Assembly (NCBI GenBank): GCA_030390025.1
Contig: CM059425.1
Location: 163,558,001-163,622,000 of the forward strand
Length of the DNA: 64,000 bases
Direction of reading: 5' to 3'
DNA from: Squalus acanthias
Lineage: Eukaryota
The notes beneath the pieces were generated by a model. That model had not been told where the DNA came from and made no database searches. It was given only the letters and a program-made list of their open reading frames with translations. The position numbers and the translations under genes are program-made. Numbering within the stretch: the first letter of the stretch is position 1; each line of letters opens with the position of its first letter. Below, one piece after another: positions 1 to 13,187 of the stretch.

Positions 1-412
1 TGCCCCATATCCCTTAATACCTTTGATTAACAAAAATCTATCAATCTCAGATTTAAAATGAACAATTGATCTAGCATCAATTGCCATTTGCGGAAGAGAG
101 TTCCAAACTTCTACCACCCTTTGTGTGTAGAAGTGTTTCCTAATTTCACTCCTGAAGGTCTGGCTCTAATTTTTAGACTATACCCCCTAGTCCGAGACTC
201 ACCAACCAGCAGAAATAGTTTCTCTCGATCTACCCTATCTGTTCCCCTTAATATCTTGAAAACTTCGATCAAATCAGTCCTTAACCTTCTAAATTCCAGG
301 GAATACAACCCTAATTTGTGTCATCTCTCCTCGTAATCAAACCCTTGAAATCCAGGTATCATTCTGGTAAACCTACGCTGCACTCCCTCCAATGCCAGTA
401 TATCCTTCCTGG
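1..412 (-). mobile_element. CR1-type LINE 3' fragment
   Basis: ORF 111..308 'YSLEFRRLRTDLIEVFKIL...RTRGYSLK' matches the CR1 ORF2 C-terminal motif (SLE.RRLRGDLIE.YKI...TRGH..KL). Confidence 0.85.
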
Positions 413-1180
413 TGTGATGTTTGTGGTCAGTTATTCATTGTTTTGTGATGAGAGAAGTAGGGGCAGTTTGCAGCTGCATGAAGTGGGTTTTTGCATCAAT
501 CCACAAATCCTCACTTTATGATTTTACAATTTTGTGCATGTTCAGGAAGATTTGTAAGTGATAAATGTCATGGCCATTTCAAAAACACACATCATTACAA
601 TTGTTTACAAAAGTACAAAAATGCTAATTAATTTTCAAATTTGAAGGATGTAAGGATTGAAGCCTTTATTTTATTTAACTATATAATTCTTATCTCCCGC
701 TTGAAGACCCACCTTGCCACTGCTGAACAGATGAGCAGCTGGTTTATTCCAGGCCTTGGCTAATGACAGTCTACAATGGACTGCTAGGGGATTCTTCCTT
801 CCTCTTTGAGAGCTGTCTCACATCAGTTCAGCACTTCCCACCAACAAGGTTTTTTTCCCCCCATAAAATATACTACATATACTCTACCTTAACCTTGCTG
901 TAAAGTATTTCACCTCACACTTTTTATTTGTAAGCCATTGTACCCAGGAGCTTCAGCTGTCTTGAGGAGTTTAAATCCAGAGAACGAACATCACATACTC
1001 CAGAGCCGTGCCTTTATTTTTACAAAAACAGCATAAAATATAATGCATGTAAGAAGGTGATTTTTGCAAATAAGTTTTGTGAAAAGCAACCTTGTGTAGG
1101 GTGAAATGTTTTTGAAAATTATGTCCTTGGTCTTTTTGTTGCTCTGATTAACTTCACATTGTCTCTTTCTCTCTCTCAAG

Positions 1181-1354
1181 GTACATCTGTATATGCTCAT
1201 AGAGCAGTATTGGTGGCTCGTTGTGAGGTAATGGCTGCAATGTTTAGTGGAAACTATGCTGAAGCAAAAGCATGTCAGGTTCCTATTCATGGTGTTTCCA
1301 AGGAAACCTTCCTCTCTTTCTTGGAGTATCTGTATACTGATGCCTGCTGCACAG
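1181..1354 (+). CDS. RHOBTB3: RHOBTB3 internal exon (second BTB domain): GTSVYAHRAVLVARCEVMAAMFSGNY...FLEYLYTDACCT
   Basis: Polypyrimidine tract + AG at 1179-1180, GTAAG donor at 1355; peptide closely resembles remembered human RHOBTB3 'AHRAILVARCEVMAAMFNGNY...SKETFLSFLEYLYTD'. Confidence 0.95.
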
Positions 1355-2194
1355 GTAAGGAATCAATTCTGCAGAGATGGAGGGAGCAATGTGCATAAAA
1401 AATAACCCAGTAGCCAATCTGTAATCCAAGCTTCACAATTTATTTATAAAAAATCTTCTTAGGAAGAGGTATCCATATCAGCCTGTCGATCAGCAGTTTG
1501 AAATGAGATTGACTGGGTTTCTGAATACAATTAATGTAATTAGTTTTTTTTTACAATGTAACCTAGATGAGCAGACATAATTGACTGCTCATCCATGGCA
1601 AGTAGTACTCTAGTCATTCAACTTATTTGCAAGTCGGGTTCTAAGCAGGCTGTCAAAATCCAAGCTTGGTGTCTCATAGGCCTGGATTTTACCTTCGAAA
1701 CTGCTTGACTTCAGGCAGTATGTAGGTGGTAAACAAAGGAAACTGGGGCGGGAGGCCTTCCCAGCCCACCCCATGTAAATGTCAGTAGGTGTGCATGGCC
1801 TCATTCCCCCTGGTATTTTCATCTGTTACCATTCACTTCCTGTCCCCAGAAAACACTGCCACACTATAAAGGTGGCAATGTTAGGACCAGTACTGTCTCG
1901 GAGGCAGAAAACACCATAGAGGCCATTGCTCAAACTTTGCCGTGAGCTTGTAAGTTTTTTAACGGCTGTAGTGGACTGTGACTAACTGAGCCTGTTAAAA
2001 TCCTTGATATTAAAGTTATTTGCAAGATTCCAGTGAATAATTAAACATTCCCATAAATCTTTGGGAAGTTGTATAATTCCCTCTTGGAATTCCTTTGTTC
2101 CTCTGTCTTAAGGAAGAGGACAACATGGATATGGAGGAGAGGAGGGAAGACAGGAGAGTCTGGTATCATGGACACCATCAAAACCCCACCTGTA

Positions 2195-2310
2195 GTTAAT
2201 GTTAACTCTGTTTTTCCCTCTCCACAGATGCTGCCTGACCTGCTGAGTATTTCCAGCATTTTCTGTTTTTATTTCAGATTTCTCTCCGCAGTATCGTGCC
2301 TTTGTTTAAT
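2195..2310 (+). repeat. Penelope-derived pLTR fragment (family A, 'gttaactctgtt...ccacagatgctgcctgacctgctgagtatttccagc')
   Basis: Same sequence as the arms of the GIY-YIG element at 21734-23086. Confidence 0.7.
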
Positions 2311-3580
2311 TGTTTCTCCACATTGTTAGCAAATGGTTCAATGGGAGTCTTTAATTAAGCCTCTCATTACTTCATCCTCAAACTGACCATTGATACAGGG
2401 TCAGCTCTGGTTCAATAGCCCATTGGTATCTTAAATTGACTTAAACGGCCCTGCTTAACAGACAAAGGCTAATGGTTAGCATTACTACAATACAAAGAGG
2501 AATCAATAGTAGTATAACATTAGTAGACTTCAGGACAGTCCGATGAACCCTTTCCTTACAATGTGACCAATTACATCAACAGGAAGGGTTGTCATTCCCT
2601 AAATGTACAGCTTGTGTGTGATACCAATTACCCTATCAACATGTGAATGCATGCTACTCTGGAAGCTGCTATAAATTTTTTGTTTTATGGCAATCAATGA
2701 TACTTGCATTATTCAGCCAGAGCAACATTTTCGGGTGGTTGCTTGGAGACCAGGGACACCCTCTTCAAGCATGGCTGCTGACCCAACATTGGAATTTTCA
2801 AGAGGGACCCAGCATAGCAGTGGTGGCAGTACGTCTGATGGGACAGGGTGTACCAGGCCACCAAAGGCCACATGTGGGCTTCACCTGGGGTCCAGCCTGG
2901 GATGGCAGAGCTGACATCACTGCAGGATGCGCTCTCTGGGGCAAGGCAGGCACCTTACATATAAAGGTGCAGATGCTGCCACTGATACGTAAATGAGGGA
3001 ACTTCTCCCTGACCTCAGAAAGTCTCCCGGGGTCAGTGATGGAAATTCCCAGCTAGTGCGATCCTGGCATAATTGCTGGGATTGCAGGTCTGTGCATATT
3101 CAGTGGTTAAAAACAGACCATTATCTTTATACCAAAAATGTTATTGAAAATAAACATTTTTGCGTTAATTTGCTTTAAATCAACACAACCTTGTGAAGTA
3201 GCTTTCACCTTTCATCAAAGGTGTATGGACATCATCGGCAAAGATTTCTTTTGTGAACAATATGTAACAAAATTGTAAACCTGTTCTTTACAAACAGGTT
3301 TGCGGTTTGGTTACAATTAATGCAGAAAGGAAATCTCCCCCTATTTTACAAGTTCCCTCGTGACAACTGAACTTAGAAGTTAGAGACAAGTAGTAAATTA
3401 GCTGTTTTGCATTTTTATCTCTGTGACTCATTTGTACTTAGTAGCTGAGAGCCTCGACATGATCAAACTAAGAACTAGGCTGACAAAAGTGTCAAGACAA
3501 TGAAGAATGTCTTACAAAGCTGTCAATCTTTTGTACCATGCTTATTGGCGTGTTTATTTGTCTAACTTTCTTTTCTCTAG

Positions 3581-3747
3581 CCAGCATTCTCCAAGCCATG
3601 GCTCTGTTAATATGTGCAGAAATGTATCAAATGCATAGACTACAGCAGATATGTGAATCATACATTGTCACACAGTTACAGAGCATGCCCAGCAGAGAAC
3701 TGGTATCAACCAACCTCAGCATTGTCAACTTGTTTAACAAGGCCAAG
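3581..3747 (+). CDS. RHOBTB3: RHOBTB3 internal exon: ASILQAMALLICAEMYQMHRLQQICESYIVTQLQSMPSRELVSTNLSIVNLFNKAK
   Basis: ttttctctAG acceptor 3579-3580, GTAAG donor 3748; phase 1 in and phase 0 out fit the neighbouring exons. Confidence 0.95.
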
Positions 3748-4155
3748 GTAAGCCTGTATGTTCAGGTAACTGAAATGTGTCTTTGCTACTTACAGTCGCA
3801 TTATATCTTTAAAAAAAGAAATACTGAAGTAACTCTTTAAACTAGGGTTTGATCTCTTAGAAACCCAACCACACATGAATATCGGCAGGTCAATCCAGGC
3901 ACCATGCACACTTTGCTCTTTCAGTTGAATGATGGGTTCAGTTCAGAACTACTTTACTTAACAAGTGTATCAGCTATTTGTAATGAGGCTAATGATGGTA
4001 TATAAGACCAACATCTGTAATACAGTCAATTTTTGATAATTCAATGTAATTTTTGTGCTAAAGACTCTGAATTATCCATTAATTTTAAACAACATAAATT
4101 ACACAAAAAATTGGGACTTTTGTGCTGACAGAATTCACCAGATAATTTGAAATAG

Positions 4156-4342
4156 TGGGCTAGAAATTCGACTCGGAAGGGGATGCAAAATGGGTGGTAT
4201 CGCATCTGCCACCGGTTATATGCCATGCTCAAAATTCAGTTCCATTAAAGTCGATGGAACTGAATAACGGACAGGACCAATAACAGGCGGCAGATGCGAT
4301 ACTGCCTGTTTTGCATCCCCGTCCAAGTCAAATTTCACCCCA
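4156..4342. mobile_element. Short fold-back (MITE-like) element
   Basis: Imperfect inverted arms 'gaaattcgactcggaaggggatgcaaaa...tatcgcatctgcc' / 'ggcagatgcgata...ttttgcatccccgtccaagtcaaatttc'. Confidence 0.65.
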
Positions 4343-4625
4343 GTGGCTTTGAACTCAAGAGGCATAGACTGTATTCACTTTACATCAATAAATTGAGTAG
4401 TTTCAGTACATTGTGGCTAGCACCATGCAGGTTGCAGACGTTTGACAACAGGTCACAGAAACATCTGCTGATAAGATGACCCCTCATATTCTTCCACTTT
4501 TGTTAACATTATTTTCAAAATGTTATGAATAAAAAACAATCAAAAACAACCAACAAGAAAAGAGTGCATACACAACGATATAAGATCAGTCAGGTAAATT
4601 ACCAAAGAACAAACACTGAGTAATT

Positions 4626-4858
4626 CATATAGAATCATAGAATAGAAGGAGGCCATTTGGCCCACCGAGTCTGTGCTGGCTCTTTCGAAGAGCAATCCAG
4701 TTAGTCCCACTCCCCTGCTCTTGCTCCATCTCCCTGCAATATTTTCTCCTTCAAGTATTTATCCAATTCACTTTTGAAGACTACTATTGAATCTGTTTCC
4801 ACCACCCTATTAGGCAGTGCATTCCAAATCCTAACCACTCGTTGCGTAAAAAAGCTTT
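4626..4858 (-). mobile_element. CR1 3' end, interrupted by the + strand CR1; resumes near 5451
   Basis: 'catagaat' tail repeats and reverse 'FTQRVV..WN.LP' motif. Confidence 0.75.
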
Positions 4859-4860
4859 TC

Positions 4861-5450
4861 AGGTTGGGTAGATTGGGACTCTACTCATTGGAGTTCAGAA
4901 GAATGAGAGGCGATCTTATTGAAACATATAAGATTGTGAAGGGGTTGGATCGGGTGGATGCGGGGAGGATGTTCCCGATGACGGGTGAGACGAGAACTAG
5001 GGGACATAGTCTTAGAATAAGGGGCTGCTCTTTCAAAACTGAGATGAGGAGGAACTACTTCACTCAGAGGGTGGTAGGTCCATGGAATATGCTGCCACAA
5101 AAAGCTGTAGAAGCTACAACATTAATTAAATTTAAAACAGAAATAGACAGTTTCCTAGAAGTAAAGGGCATTAAGGGTTACGGGAAGCGGGCAGGAATTT
5201 GGACATGAGTCTAGGTTCGGATCGGTCATGGCCCTGTGGGTAGTGGAGCGGGCCCAGGGACTGTGTAGCCTGATTCTGCTCCTATTTCGTGTGTGCAATT
5301 CTGTTAGATGCAGGAGATGGTTCTGTGATAGATAGTAGATTGGCGGTTAGGATCAGATCAGCCATGATCTTATTGAATGGCGGAGCAGGCTCGAGGGGCC
5401 GATTGGCCTACTCCTGCTCCTATTTCTTATGTTCTTATGTTCTTATGTTC
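4861..5450 (+). mobile_element. CR1 (HER1-like) LINE 3' end with (ttatgttc)n tail
   Basis: ORF 'LGLYSLEFRRMRGDLIETYKI...TRGHSLRI...FTQRVVGPWNMLP', followed by 3' UTR and octamer tail. Confidence 0.88.
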
Positions 5451-6204
5451 TCATGTCGCCTCTGGTTCTTTTGCTAATCACGTAGACTGTACCCAAACCA
5501 TCTCCTCTTTAAAGACCACCCATTGCTCCATTACATTTGTGCCTGCCAGTCTTTGACTCCAATTTACCCGGGCCAGATCCCTCCTCAATTCACTGAAATA
5601 GGCCCTCCTCCAGTTCAGTATTTTTATTCTAGATTGCTCCTTGTCCTTCTCCATAACTAATCTAAACCTACGATTTCAGATTTTCAGCAGCCACAATATT
5701 TTGCTTTTGTTTAAGTGATTCATGATCATTATTTATGATAAGTTACAGATTAGGAACATACTGCTATTTTTAAAGTAAAGTCCATATACATAGTCAAGAC
5801 CTATTTTAAGGATATCACAGTAGCAGAATATTTGGCTGAAGACCGTAGTAATTGGCAGATACTGTGAAAGACTAAAGGGGCCATTTTAAAGATTTACACT
5901 CTTGGCACAGAGCTTTGCCATCAGAAATTCATATTGGGAATTTGTCACGTGCATCCCACAAGAGATGGAAAATGGGAGAGGAACATACCAGAATTCTCTA
6001 TATGTAGTCCCGGCGGGCAAGGTTCATGTAGGAACACAAATTCATAAAGTTATCCCTTAAAAGTTGGGGGTAGCCTGAGGGCAAAGCAGAGGAACGTATT
6101 AGCTGGCACACAGGTACATGTGGAGGAGTCTATACCTGCAGGTCCCAGGGTAATGATGGGCACATCCAAAACATCTCAGCTGTGTTGTTGCATAATAAAC
6201 AAAC

Positions 6205-6420
6205 TAATATGTGAAAGAAAAATACTGCAGATGCTGGAAATCTGAAATAAAAACAGAAAATGCTGGAAATACCCAGTCAGGCAGCATCTGTGGAGAGAGA
6301 AACAGAGTTAACGTTTCAGGTCGATGACCTTTCGTCAGAACTGAAACAAAATTAACTCTGTTTATATCTCCACAGATCCCGCTTGACCTGAGGAGTATTT
6401 CCAGCATTTTCTGTTATTAT
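6205..6420. repeat. Inverted pair of Penelope family A pLTR fragments
   Basis: Minus copy 6205-6345 followed by plus copy 6350-6420. Confidence 0.7.
6306..6342 (-). ncRNA. Minimal type I hammerhead ribozyme motif (family A)
   Basis: Minus strand AGUU-CUGACGA-A-AGGUC(AUC)GACCU-GAAAC-GUU-AACU. Confidence 0.7.
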
Positions 6421-7965
6421 TTAAAACTAATACGTGACATGGTTTGCACTGGGACATTATACACTTATAGTTTGATACCAGCAATAAAAAGTGAAGCTAC
6501 AATGGTGGAAATGTGTAATAAAAACAGGATATGCTGGAGTGATCATTTAGCATCTGAAAGAGAAAGATACATTAATGTTTCAGGTGAGACCCTTCATCAG
6601 ATGTTGACTGACATACCGTGGACTTAAGAAATAGCTAGATACTATAATGGGAAGATTGCAGGCTTTGTATTCTGGGAAGATGAGATCAAATATTGACTTC
6701 AATGGAAAGGAAAATTTGGGTGGAGTGTATAACGGGCGGCCAATCTAATACCAGCAGGATTATGCACCCACTGAAGTTGAAAGTTCCATCCGTACCTCTT
6801 CCAAATTGTGTAATAAACTTACATCCCTCCATAGAAGAAATAAGTTTAGGACAAATATGTGTTAGTCAAACGTTGTAACTGAAAAATTATCTTTGTGGGG
6901 CCAGGAGGCACGCACCCTCTGAGATTGGTTCCCCTCCTTTGATCTACCTGCCTGCCGGCCAGGTCATCTCCAGGCCATATGATACTGTGTTTCCTGGAGC
7001 TGGCGAGCTACAACGGGACGCCTGTTTGATGCCCGCAGCTCGCTGGATGCATGGTAATGAGGCCTGAACCCGAATTTGGTTCTGGCCTGACGCTGGCATG
7101 AAGTGGCTGTCGGAGTGGCCACATTGTCAACTTTGCACTACTTTGGGTGGAAGTGGAATTTATCCTCTGGCCAGTCTCTCTTTGTTTCAGTTTGTACAAA
7201 TTGGTTTGATAGCATGGGATTTTTTTGCTTTTAAAGGAGACAGGAGAATGTGGTGTGCATCCCATGTGCTCGCTAGTTCACTATAATATGTGTAATCATT
7301 CTGTAATATTGAAAGGATTATTAGCCCTGGCATTTTGAATTAATGCTTAAAATGCTGTCTGGAAGTGTGTCAGACAATAGATTTGAAGCTTGCCCTGATG
7401 GCTGGAAAGGATCTCCAAAACATTAGTGCTGACAAATGGTGCAACCGACACACTAAAGGTTAAAATGTGTAATCAACTTGGAGCCTTTGGTGCATGAATG
7501 CCCTGTCGCTACCGTAATATTTTCTCTAACATTGCAATACACACCTTAGAGTCACCTTTAGATTATGTAAAAGCAGCAGGGAATGAGTTAACAAGTTGAT
7601 ATAATTGCAGACGTTTATGGACTTTTGTATAGTGCAGGAGGTGCAGAAATGGAGAATATCCATACTATAAGTCAGCATCTTCAGAGCCTGCATGCGGCTC
7701 TTACATGCTGTTTCCATGCATTAATTATTGTTGTGATACTCTTGGGCTGAATTATAAATGTGGCTGGCTGGAAAGCAAAGCCGTCACATAGCAGACAATT
7801 TTCACCACTGGCTGCTTAGTTACTTCAGACAGGAACCTTATGCCAATAATTTTAGTAGTGAATAGAACCAAGATCAGTGTCTCCTACCACAGTATATTAT
7901 AAGACTAGTGCCTCATTTAGTCCCAAGTCTAAAATATAGTAAATGTGCCGTTTTTTAAGATATAC

Positions 7966-8123
7966 TGGGGTAGGTTTACAACTTGCCACCCAGGCATAAA
8001 ACTGGCGTTGTGGATCAGCCCATTATAGGTACAACCCAAAATGAAAATTGGGCAGTTTCTATAACAGGCGACTGATCCACAACATCAGTTTTACGTTGGG
8101 GCATCAAATTGAAAATCTTCTCT
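7966..8123. mobile_element. Short fold-back (MITE-like) element
   Basis: Arms 'taaaactggcgttgtggatcag' / 'ctgatccacaacatcagtttta'. Confidence 0.6.
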
Positions 8124-8204
8124 ATGGTGTACTTTTCCTTTGTTTTAGAAGTTTCCTTGACTACATTATAGTTGTAGCCTGCAGTTCGATCACTGCAGTG
8201 TGCA

Positions 8205-10405
8205 TAGAGTTAGAGTCATAGAGTTATACAGCACAGAAAGAGGTCCTTTGGCCCATCGTGTCTGCGCCGGCCATCAAGCCCTGTCTATTCTAATCCCATT
8301 TTCCAGCACTTGGTTCGTAGCCTTGTATGCTATGGCATTTCAAGTGCTCATCTAAATGCTTCTTGAATGTTGTGAGGGTTCCTGCCTCTACCACCCTTTC
8401 AGGCAGTGAGTTCCAGATTCCAACCACCCTCTGGGTGAAAAAGTTTTTCCTCAAATCCCCTCTAAACCTCCTGCCCCTTACCTTGAAACTATGCCCCCTG
8501 GTTATTGACCCCTCTACTAAGGGGAAAAGTTCATTTCTATCTACCCTATCTATGCCCCTCATAATTTTGTACACCTCAATCAGGTCCCCCCTCAGCCTTC
8601 TCTGCTCTAAGGAAAACAACCCCAGCCCCTCTCTTCATAGCTGAAGCGCTCCAGCCCAGGTAACATCCTAGTGAATCTCCTCTGCACCCTCTCCAATGCA
8701 ATCACATCCTTCCTATAGTGTGGTGACCAGAACTGCACACAGTATTCCAGCTGTGGCCTAACTAGCGTTTTGTACAGCTCCATCATAACCTCCCTGCTCT
8801 TGCCTTCATTAGTCGAGGCAAAGAATATAAGTATCCCATATGCCTTTTTAACCACCTTATCTACCTGTCCTGCTGCCTTCAGGGATCTATGTACATGCAC
8901 ACCAAGGTCCCTCTGATCCTCTGTCCTTCCTAGGGTCCTACCATTCATTGTGTATTCCCTTGCCTTGTTAGTCCTCCCAAAATGCATCACCTCACACTTT
9001 TCAGGGTTAAATTCTATTTGCCACTGTTCTGCCCATCTGACCAACCCGTCTATATCGTCCTGTAGCCTGAGGCTTCCCTCCTTGCTATTTACCAGTCCAC
9101 CAATTTTCGTGTCATCTGCGAACTTACTGATCATACCTCCTACATTCATATCTAAATCATTAATGTACACTACAAACAGCAAAGGAGCCAGCACCGATCC
9201 CTGCCGTACACCACTGGACACAGGCTTCCAGTCACAAAAACAACCTTCGACCATCACCCTCTGCCTCCTGCCACTAAGCCAATTTTGGATCCAATGTGCC
9301 AAATTGCCCTGGATCCCATGGGCTCTTACCTTCTTGACCAGTCTCCCATGCGGGACTTTGTCAAAAGCCTTACTGAAGTCCATGTAGACTACATCAACTG
9401 CACTACCCTCATCCACACACCTAGTCACCCCCTCAAAATTCAATCAAATTGGTTAGACATAATCTCCCCCTGACAAAGCCATGCTGACTATCCTTGATTA
9501 ATCCTTGCCTCTCCAAGTGGAGACTATTTCTGTCCCTCAGAATTTTTTGCAATAATTTCCCTACCACTGATGTTAGGCTCACTGGCCTGTAATTCCCTGG
9601 TTTATCCCTACTACCCTTCTTGAATAATGGTACTACGTTAGCTGTCCTCCAGTCCTCTGGCACCTCCCCTGTGGCCAAAGAGGTTCTGAAAATTTGTGTC
9701 AGAGCCCCTGAAATCTCCTCCCTTGCCTCACGCCTGGGATATATCTCGTCTGGGCCTGGGGATTTATCCACTTTTAAGCCCGCTAAAACCGCTAGTACCT
9801 CCTCCCTCTCAATACTAATTTGTTCAAGTGTATCACAATCCCCCTGTCTTATTTCTATGCCTACATCGTCCTTCTCCATAGTGAACACAGATGCAAAATA
9901 TTCATTTAAAACCTCACCCACATCTTCCGGCTCTACACACAGATTGCCACTTTGGTCCCTAATGGGCCCTACTCTTTCCTTGGTTATCCTCTTGCCCTTA
10001 ATATACTTATTAAACACCTTGGGATTTTCCTTTATTTTGCCCACCAGTGTTTTTTCATGCCCCCTCTTCGCTCTTCTAATTTCTTTTTTAAGTACCCCCC
10101 TGCACTTTCTATACTCCTCTAGGGCTTCCACTGTTTTTAGTCCTTTGTATCTGCCAAAAGCCTCCCTTTTTTTCCTAATCCATTTTTGTATATCCCTTAA
10201 TATCCAGGGTTCCCTGGGCTTGTTGGTCCCACCCTTGACCTTTACGGGAACATGTTGGCATTGTACTCTCTCTATTTCCTTTCTGAAAGACTCCCACTGC
10301 TCTGATGTGGATTTTCCTACAAGTAGCTAATTCCAATCCACTTTGGCCAGATCCTGCCTTATCATATTAAAATCGGCCTTCCCCCAATTTAGAACCTTTA
10401 TTCCA
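8205..10405 (-). mobile_element. CR1 LINE, 5'-truncated, ORF2 RT region broken by frameshifts
   Basis: ORFs 9433..10131, 8607..9443 and 8290..8619 contain KSPGPD, NYRPVSLTS, YMDFSKAFDKVPH, GV(R)QGSVL, KFADD and the CR1 C-terminus. Confidence 0.95.
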
Positions 10406-11154
10406 TTTGCAATTTTACTGATTTTTAAATATTTTTCCCAGTTTTCATAAATACTGTAAAACAGTGAATTCCATCTATTTGTTATTGATGCAGAAGAGTA
10501 GGAATAACAGGAAGATGCAAAAGGAGAAATATCCATGCTAGTTGGTGTTTTAAACCATTTCAATTGTAATGCTCATTGAAAGGCAAAGCAGATCACCATA
10601 ACCAGTAGTGGGCTGAAGTAGAGGCTTACATTTTAACTTTGAAAATACATTAAAAGACACAAAGTTATGGAATGAAAGCAGAAAGAAGATTAAGACATTA
10701 TTAAATTGTGTGCATTTATGCAATGTGTAGCAGTATAGGAATACATGATTTACTGGGTTAAGAGTTATTTTTAAAAATGAATGTGTGTGGCAGGTAAAGC
10801 TATGAATTTTATTTGCACTTGTGCATGTATTTTTCAGGTTTGTTTGAGACATTTGCTAATTTTATATCCAGGCTAAATACATATGAGACACAATAAAAGT
10901 CAATATTGACCCATACAGCAAAATGTTAATGGTAGCCTTGTATTTAATGATGTGTGTCTCCATGAGCAATATTATTGAGACTGGAACATACAAAGGATGG
11001 CTTCAGAGATAACGAGTGTAGAGTACGTTAACTCAAATTTGAAATGAATACACACAGCCACATAAAATAGAAGGGTCAATTCATTGCTTTCAGCAGGAAG
11101 CTATGCTCAAAGGGAGAGCAGGGCAAAAAATTAGCGCAAGAGTTTTACCCCTAA

Positions 11155-11310
11155 TATAAAATAAAAACAGAAAATGCTGGAAATACTCAGCAAGTCAGGC
11201 AGCATCTGTGGAGAGAGAAATGGAGTTAACATTTATGTTAGTTTCTCTCTCTACAGATGCTGCCTGACCTGCTGAGTATTTCCAGCATCCACAGTATTTT
11301 GCTTTTGTAT
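11155..11310. repeat. Hairpin of two head-to-head family A pLTR fragments
   Basis: 'atgctggaaatactcagcaagtcaggcagcatctgtggagagagaaa' / 'tttctctctctacagatgctgcctgacctgctgagtatttccagcat'. Confidence 0.75.
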
Positions 11311-11793
11311 TAGTGTTTTACCCCTATCTTTGACCTGGACTTCCTTCAGAGCATGGGATCAATCACTTTACCCTATACTTCATAATGCAACAATATGGCC
11401 ACAAAAGCAGAAAATAGAAACCACCCGATTTAAGCCAATTCACAGCGCCATTTTACCCCAGGTTCATTTCAGCAAGTTGAAAATCTACTCCCTGGTTTCC
11501 TGGATGTCTTTTGCAATGGACTCTTGCACATTAGGATAGGAAATTATATACAGGAGGACCCTGTCCCCATTTCCATATTTAAATGAAGCTCCTGCTTGTT
11601 TCGGATGGGAGTTTCCGCCATCTGTTTCTATGTCGATCGCAAACCTCCACAGAGCACAGAATAGGTGAAGATCAGTCCGGACTGATCTCTGCCAAATTTC
11701 ACATTCTGTAAATCCCTCACTGTGCCCATTTCAGGAGTGTAATGGAGACCATTGGTGCTGTGTACATTTTAATCTGGAAATCTTTGTTTTCAG

Positions 11794-11890
11794 TTCCACA
11801 ATGCTACTAGATTGTCTACCTGGTTACTGCATTTCATTGCCAGCAACTACCTCATCTTCAGTCAGAAGCTGGAATTTCAGGAGCTTTCTG
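11794..11890 (+). CDS. RHOBTB3: RHOBTB3 penultimate coding exon: FHNATRLSTWLLHFIASNYLIFSQKLEFQELS
   Basis: tttgttttcAG acceptor, GTAAG donor at 11891; correct frame is not in the ORF track; resembles human 'FHHSDCLSTWLLHFIATNYLIFSQKPEFQDLS'. Confidence 0.95.
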
Positions 11891-12635
11891 GTAAGGTTTT
11901 ATTTATTTATGTGTACACCAGGGTGTAGCCACAAGGCAAGCAAACAATTTTACATCTGTGTAAAGGTTCATACTCACTTTCTCCCTCCTGCATCCACTAC
12001 TTTCAAGATCTTCCTTCCATGGTGGGGAAACAGTGCTTCCCTTCTTTCTTCCACTTCCTGCAACAGCCACTCAATGGCCTTGTCATCAAAGCAGGGTGCC
12101 CTTTCTGTGACCTACACTCTTCACTGGTATTCTGAATGATTTGACCCTGCATTTCCCACTTCTTTCTCCTTGGCACTGCCAATTGCAAAATATTCTGCTG
12201 GCACAAATAATTTCGACGAAGCACTTCAGCATATTTCCTTACAGTTTAATGGCTTGAAAAATGTTCACCCAGGCTCCAGATTCACCGTTCCCTCCACAGG
12301 CTCTCAAAATTCCTTTTAAGGGGCAGGAGGAACCTGTTCAAGATTGATGGGTTGACAGAGTTGGGACCAATATCCTCGCGGGGAGGTTAACTTGTGCTGT
12401 AGGGAGGGTTTAAACTAATTTGGCAGGGGATTGGGCACCAGGATGAAACATTAGAGAGGAGAAACAAGGTGCACAGAGGACTGGGAGAGACAAACAGCAC
12501 TAGAGTAAAGAAGAGTTCAGAACTAGGTGGGATCAGATGGGGGCAAATATGGGGCCGTCTAAGATGGGTTTGGAATGCATGTGTGTAAATGCACGTAGCA
12601 TTATAAATAAGCATGGTGAGCTGCAGGCACAAGTT

Positions 12636-13117
12636 CATAGAATCATAGAAAGTTACAGCACGGAAGGAGGCCATTTCGGCCCATTGTGTCCGCGCCGGCC
12701 AACAAAGAGCTATCCAGCCTAATCCCACTTCCCAGCTCTAGGTCCATAGCCCTGCAGATTACAGCATCCCAAGTGCACATCCAAGTACTTTTTAAATGTG
12801 GTTAGGGTTTCTGCCTCTACCACCCTTTCAGGCAGTGAGTTTCAGACCCCCACAACCCTCTGGGTGAAGAAATTTCCCCTCAAATCCCCTCTAAACCTTC
12901 CCCCAATTACTTTAAATCTGTGCCCCCTGGTTTTTGACCCCTCTGCTAAGGGAAATAGGTCTTTTCTATCCACTTTATCTAGGCCCCTCATAATTTTATA
13001 CACCTCAATAAGGTCTCCCCTCAGCCTCCTCCGTTCCAAGGAAAACAAACCCAGCCTATCCAGTCTTTCCTCATAGCTAAGATTCTCTACTCCCAGCAAC
13101 ATCCTTGTAAATCTTGT
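12636..13117 (-). mobile_element. CR1 3' end inserted into an older CR1
   Basis: 'catagaatcatagaa' tail; 'LGLFSLERRRLRGDLIEVYKI'; aagtt on both flanks (possible 5-bp TSD). Confidence 0.85.
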
Positions 13118-13187
13118 AAGTTGCCAGACTATGATATAGTGGCAATAACCAGAGAACTGGCTCAAAGAAGGGAGGATTTGGAACTTA

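Noticed and set aside
11801..12139. 112-aa ORF overlapping the RHOBTB3 exon
   Set aside because: Wrong frame; the real exon is 11794-11890 in another frame
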